Source: Macrostomum lignano (Eukaryota). From it: a DNA stretch of 64,000 nt. The stretch lies in assembly GCA_002269645.1 (NCBI GenBank), contig NIVC01000290.1:89108-153107 (forward strand), written 5' to 3'. The notes below the pieces were generated by a model. The model searched no databases and was not told the origin of the DNA. It saw only the letters and a list, made by a program, of their open reading frames with translations. Every line of letters begins with the position of its first letter. Within the stretch, counting starts at the first letter, position 1. The translations under genes and the position numbers were made by a program. This document shows, piece after piece, positions 59,467-64,000 of this stretch.

Positions 59467-62400
59467 CTAGCAATCTTCGCCCCCGATGGGGGACATCTGG
59501 ATAGAATCTCTGTTCTCTACAAGTAACAAAAGACAGCCAGAAAATCCTTCACAAAGACAACAGACAAACTGCTCAAATGAAGTGAATTGCAATAAGAAAT
59601 CTTCCCAAGACCACAAGCATCCCCCAGATAGCAAGCATTCCCCGGATAGCAAGCATCCCTCAAATAGCAAGCATCCCCCAGATAGCAAGCATTCCCCAGA
59701 TAGCAAGCATCCCTCAAATAGCAAGCATCCCCCAGATAGCAAGCATCCCCCAGATAGCAAGCATCCCCCAGATAGCAAGCATCCCCAGATAGCAAACATC
59801 CCCCAGATAGCAAGCATCCCCAGATAGCAAGCATTCCCAGATAGGCAAACATTCCCAGATAGCAAGCATTCCCCAGATAGCAAGCATCCCTCAGATAGCA
59901 AGCATACCCCAAATAGCAAGCATCCCTCAGATAGCAAGCATCCCTCAGATAGCAAGCATCCCCCAGATAGCAAGCATCACTCAGATAGCAAGCATCCTCA
60001 GATAGCAAGCATCCACCAGATAGCAAGCATCCTCAGATAGCAAGCATCCCCCAAATTGCAAGCATCGCCCAGATAGCAAGCATCCCCCAGAAAGCAAGCA
60101 TCCTCCAAATAGCAAGCATCCCCAGATAGCAAGCATCACTCAGATAGCAAGCATCCTCAGATAGCAAGCATCCACCAGATAGCAAGCATCCCTCAGATAG
60201 CAAGCATCCCCCAAATTGCAAGCATCGCCCAGATAGCAAGCATCCCCAGAAAGCAAGCATCCCCCAAATAGCAACCATCCACCAGACAAAAAGTAGCTAG
60301 AGCGACAATTTCCTTAGCTTTATAGTGGCTCCTTTAAATGGCATGGCGCTTTATACCTTTACATTTGAAATTGTATATCTTGAATGTTTGACATGTGGCT
60401 CTTTTATGTTTGACATGGTGGCTCTTTATTGTTCGACATGGTGGCTTTTTTATGTTTGACATGGTGGCTCTTGTATGTTCGACATGGTGGCTCTTTTAAT
60501 GGTCGACATGGTGGCTCTTTAATGTTCTTCATGTTGGCTCTTTTATGTTTGACATGCTGGCTTTTTTATGTTGACATGGTGGCTCTTTTATGTTCGACAT
60601 GGTGGCTCTTTTATGTTCTACATGGCTGCTCTTTTATGTTCGACATGGTGGCCTCTTGTATGTTCGACATGGTCGCTCTTTTGGGTTTGAAATGGTGGCT
60701 CTTTAATATTTGACAAGGTGGCCCTTTAATGTTTAACATGGTGGCTCTTTAAATTTCGAAATGGTGGCTCCTTAATTTCGAAATGGTGGCTGTTTTATGT
60801 TTGACATGGTGGCTCTTTAATGTTCGACATGGTGGCTCTTTAATGTTCTTAATGGTGTCTGTTTTATGTTTGACATGGTGGCTCTTTATTGTTCGACATG
60901 GTGGCTCTTTAGTTTTCGAAATGGTGGCTGTTTTATGTTTGACATGGTGTGCTCTTTAATATTTGACAAGGTGGCCCTTTAATGTTTAACATGGTGGCTC
61001 TTTAATTTTCGAAATGGTGGCTCCTTAATTTTCGAAATGGTGGCTCTTTTATGTTTGACATGGTGGCTCTTTAATGTTCGACATGGTGGCTCTTTAATGT
61101 TCGACATGGTGGCTCTTTAATGTTCTTAATGGTGTCTGTTTTATGTTCGACATGGTGGCTCTTTTATGTTCGACATGGTGGCTCTTTAATGTTCGACATG
61201 GTGGCTCATTTAGGTTTGAAATGGTGGCTCTTTAATGTTTGACATTGTGGCTCTTTTATGTTCGACATGGTGGCTCTTTTAGGTTTGACATGGTGACTCT
61301 TAAATGTTTGACATGGTGGCTCTTTAATGTTTCACATGGTGGCTCTTTAATATTTGACATAAAGTCACATATATGTTTGACATGGTGGCTCCTAAATGTT
61401 TGACATGGTGGCTCTTTAATGTTCGACATGGTGGCTCCTTAATTTTCGAAATGGTGGCTCCTTAATTTTCGAAATGGTGGCTGCTTTATGTTTGACATGG
61501 TGGCTCTTTAATGTTTGACATGGTAACTCTTTTATGTTTGATTGGTGGCTCTTTTATGTTCGACATGGTGGCTCTTTAATGTTCGACATGGTGGCTCCTT
61601 TAGGTTTGAAATGGTGGCTCTTTAATGTTTGACATTGTGGCTCTTTTATGTTCGACATGGTGGCTCTTTTAGGTTTGACATGGTGACTCTTAAATGTTTG
61701 ACATGGTGGCTCTTTAATGTTTCACATGGTGGCTCTTTAATATTTGACATAAAGTCACATATATGTTTGACATGGTGGCTCTAAATGTTTGACATGGTGG
61801 CTCTTTATGTTTGACATGGTGGCTCTTTTATGTTCGACATGGTGGATCTTTTTTGTTCTACATGGTAACTCTTTTATGTTTGATACGGTGGCTTTTGAAT
61901 GTCTGACATGTTGGCTCTTTTATGTTTGACATGGTGGCTCTTAATTGTTTGACATAGTGGCTCTTTAATGTTCAAAATGGTGGCTCTTTAATGTTCGAAA
62001 TGGTGGCTCTTTAATGTTCGAAATGGTGGCTGTTTTATGTTTGACATGGTGGCTCTTTATGTTTGACATGGTGGCTCTTTAATGTTCGACATGGTAGCTC
62101 TTTAATGTTCGACATGGTAGCTCTTTTATGTTTGACATGGTAACTCTTTTATGTTCGATATGTTGGCTCTTCTATGTTTGACATTGCGCTTCTTTGATGT
62201 TTAGCAGTTTTGTTGTGTTTTTAAGGTGTTTTAATAAAAAAATCTTTTTGCACTACTATGATTCGAACCCAGGTCGCTACATTAGCATTCCAGTCTGTTC
62301 GCATCAGGGCTATCTCTTTTCAATTGGAGAACATGAATTGTGGCCCTTATAATTCAATTCTTACAGCAAGTCAATTGGAGTAAAAAGTTATGACATAATC

Positions 62401-62792
62401 AATTTCTCAGTCAGCCAGTATCAGTCTCAATTTAAGTTAGCAATATGGTTACGCAATTTAAATCAAGTCGTGTGTGCATTTCTTCGGTACTGTTTTTAAC
62501 TTGTTGTGATGCAATCTTTATCACAATCGGAATTCAGTCAGTCAGTTTTTTCTCTAGCATTCTTACAATGCATTTCAGGTCGAAAGAGCTGCTTGACCTT
62601 TGCAAAAAAGCATGTTTTTCGAATATTTAATCCCTTTAAAATTGAGCAATTTCTTAGCCAAGATGCATGTACCGTCCCAGGAAAATTTCTGATCGAATGG
62701 TGCAAAGTTTGAAGAAAATCGGTTGAGCCATTTTTTCTGAAATCTATCGCATACCTACCCACATACAGACAACTCATTTTTAGTATATAGGA
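59467..62792 (-). mobile_element. Non-autonomous Helitron unit 3 (near-identical to unit 2)
   Basis: Same termini and the same order of satellite variants as unit 2, differing largely by 1-bp indels. Confidence 0.85.
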
Positions 62793-64000
62793 CTAGCAAT
62801 CTTCGCCCCCCGATGGGGGACATCTGGATAGAATCTCTGTTTTCTAAAGTAACAAAAAGACAGCCAAAAATCTTCAAAAGACAACAGACAAACTGCTCAA
62901 ATGAAGTGCAATTGCAAAAGAAATCATCCCAAGACTGCAAGCATCCCCCAGATAGCAAGCATCCCTAGATAGCAAGCATCCGCCAAGATGGCAAGCATCC
63001 CCCAGATAGCAAGCATCCCCCAGATTGCAAGCATCCCCCAGATAGCAAGCATCCCAAGATAGCAAGCATCCCTCAGATAGCAAGCATCCCCCAGATACAG
63101 CATCCCCAGATAGCAAGCATCCCCCAGATAGCACATCCCCCAGAAAGCAAGCATCCCTCAGATAGCAAGCATCCCCCAGATAGCAAGCATCCCCCAGATA
63201 GCAAGCATCCCCCAGATAGCAAGCATCCCCCAGATAGCAAGCATCCCCCAGATAGCAAGCATCCCCCAGATAGCAAGCATCCCCCAGATAGCAAGCATCC
63301 CCCAGATAGCAAGCATCCCAAGATAGATAGCATCCCCAAATAGCAAGCATCCACCAGACAATAAGTAGCTAGTGCGACAATTTCGCTTAGCATTATAGCG
63401 GCTCCTTTAAAATTCGCTTACTTTTACGTTTGAAATTGTGTATCTTTTTATGTTTAACAGGGTGGCTCTTTTATGTTCTACGCTCGTACATGGTAACTCT
63501 TTTATGTTTGATACGGTGGCTTTTCAATGTCTGACATAGTGGCTCTTCTATGTTTGACATGGGGGCTCTTCTAATGTTTGACATGGGGCTCTTCTATGTT
63601 TGACATGGGGGCTCTTCTATGTTTGACATGGGGGCTCTTCTATGTTTTACAAAGTGGCTTTTTAATGTTCAAAAAGGTGGCTCTTTTATGTTTGACATGG
63701 TGGCTCTTTAATGTTTGGCATGAATGGCTCTTTAATGTTTGACATGGTGGCTTTTAATGTTAGACAAAGTAGCTCTTTAATGTTTGACATGGTGGCTCTT
63801 TAATGTTAGACAAAGTAGCTCTTTAATGTTTGACATGATGGCTCTTTAATGATAGACATGGTGGCTCTTTAATTTTGACATGGTGGCTCTTTAATGTTGG
63901 ACATGGTGGCTCTTTAATGTTAGACATGGTGGCTCTTTAATGTTCGACATAAAGTCACTTATATGTTTGACATGATGGCTCTTTTATGTTTAACATGGTG
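62793..64000 (-). mobile_element. Helitron unit 4, 3' part, running off the window
   Basis: The CTAG/hairpin end at 62793 directly abuts the TC start of unit 3. The 18-bp and 23-bp arrays follow. Confidence 0.88.

Overview
Eukaryotic (animal) genomic DNA, with no prokaryotic features. GC-rich exons separated by introns full of minisatellites resemble a Macrostomum-like flatworm (inference only). The left ~27.5 kb holds four spliced + strand genes that I reconstructed by hand from GT/GC-AG junctions: mitochondrial ribosomal protein S2 (MRPS2), the mitochondrial Era GTPase (ERAL1), an SLC13/Indy-type Na+-anion cotransporter and a class A peptide-type GPCR. Their introns carry a tRNA-derived SINE, a deleted mariner and many private tandem repeats. 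The right ~36 kb is AT-rich and dominated by transposons: several MITEs (one carrying a 28S rRNA fragment whose R2/I-PpoI target is mutated), a full-length 6.4 kb P-superfamily element (about 80 bp TIRs, 8 bp TSD, intron-containing THAP transposase pseudogene), and a head-to-tail Helitron array of more than 20 kb. The array is built around a nearly intact 9-exon OTU-Rep-PIF1 helicase element and satellite-filled non-autonomous units. Most long ORFs in the supplied track are tandem-repeat artefacts. All assignments come from motif recognition by eye; no database searches were run.
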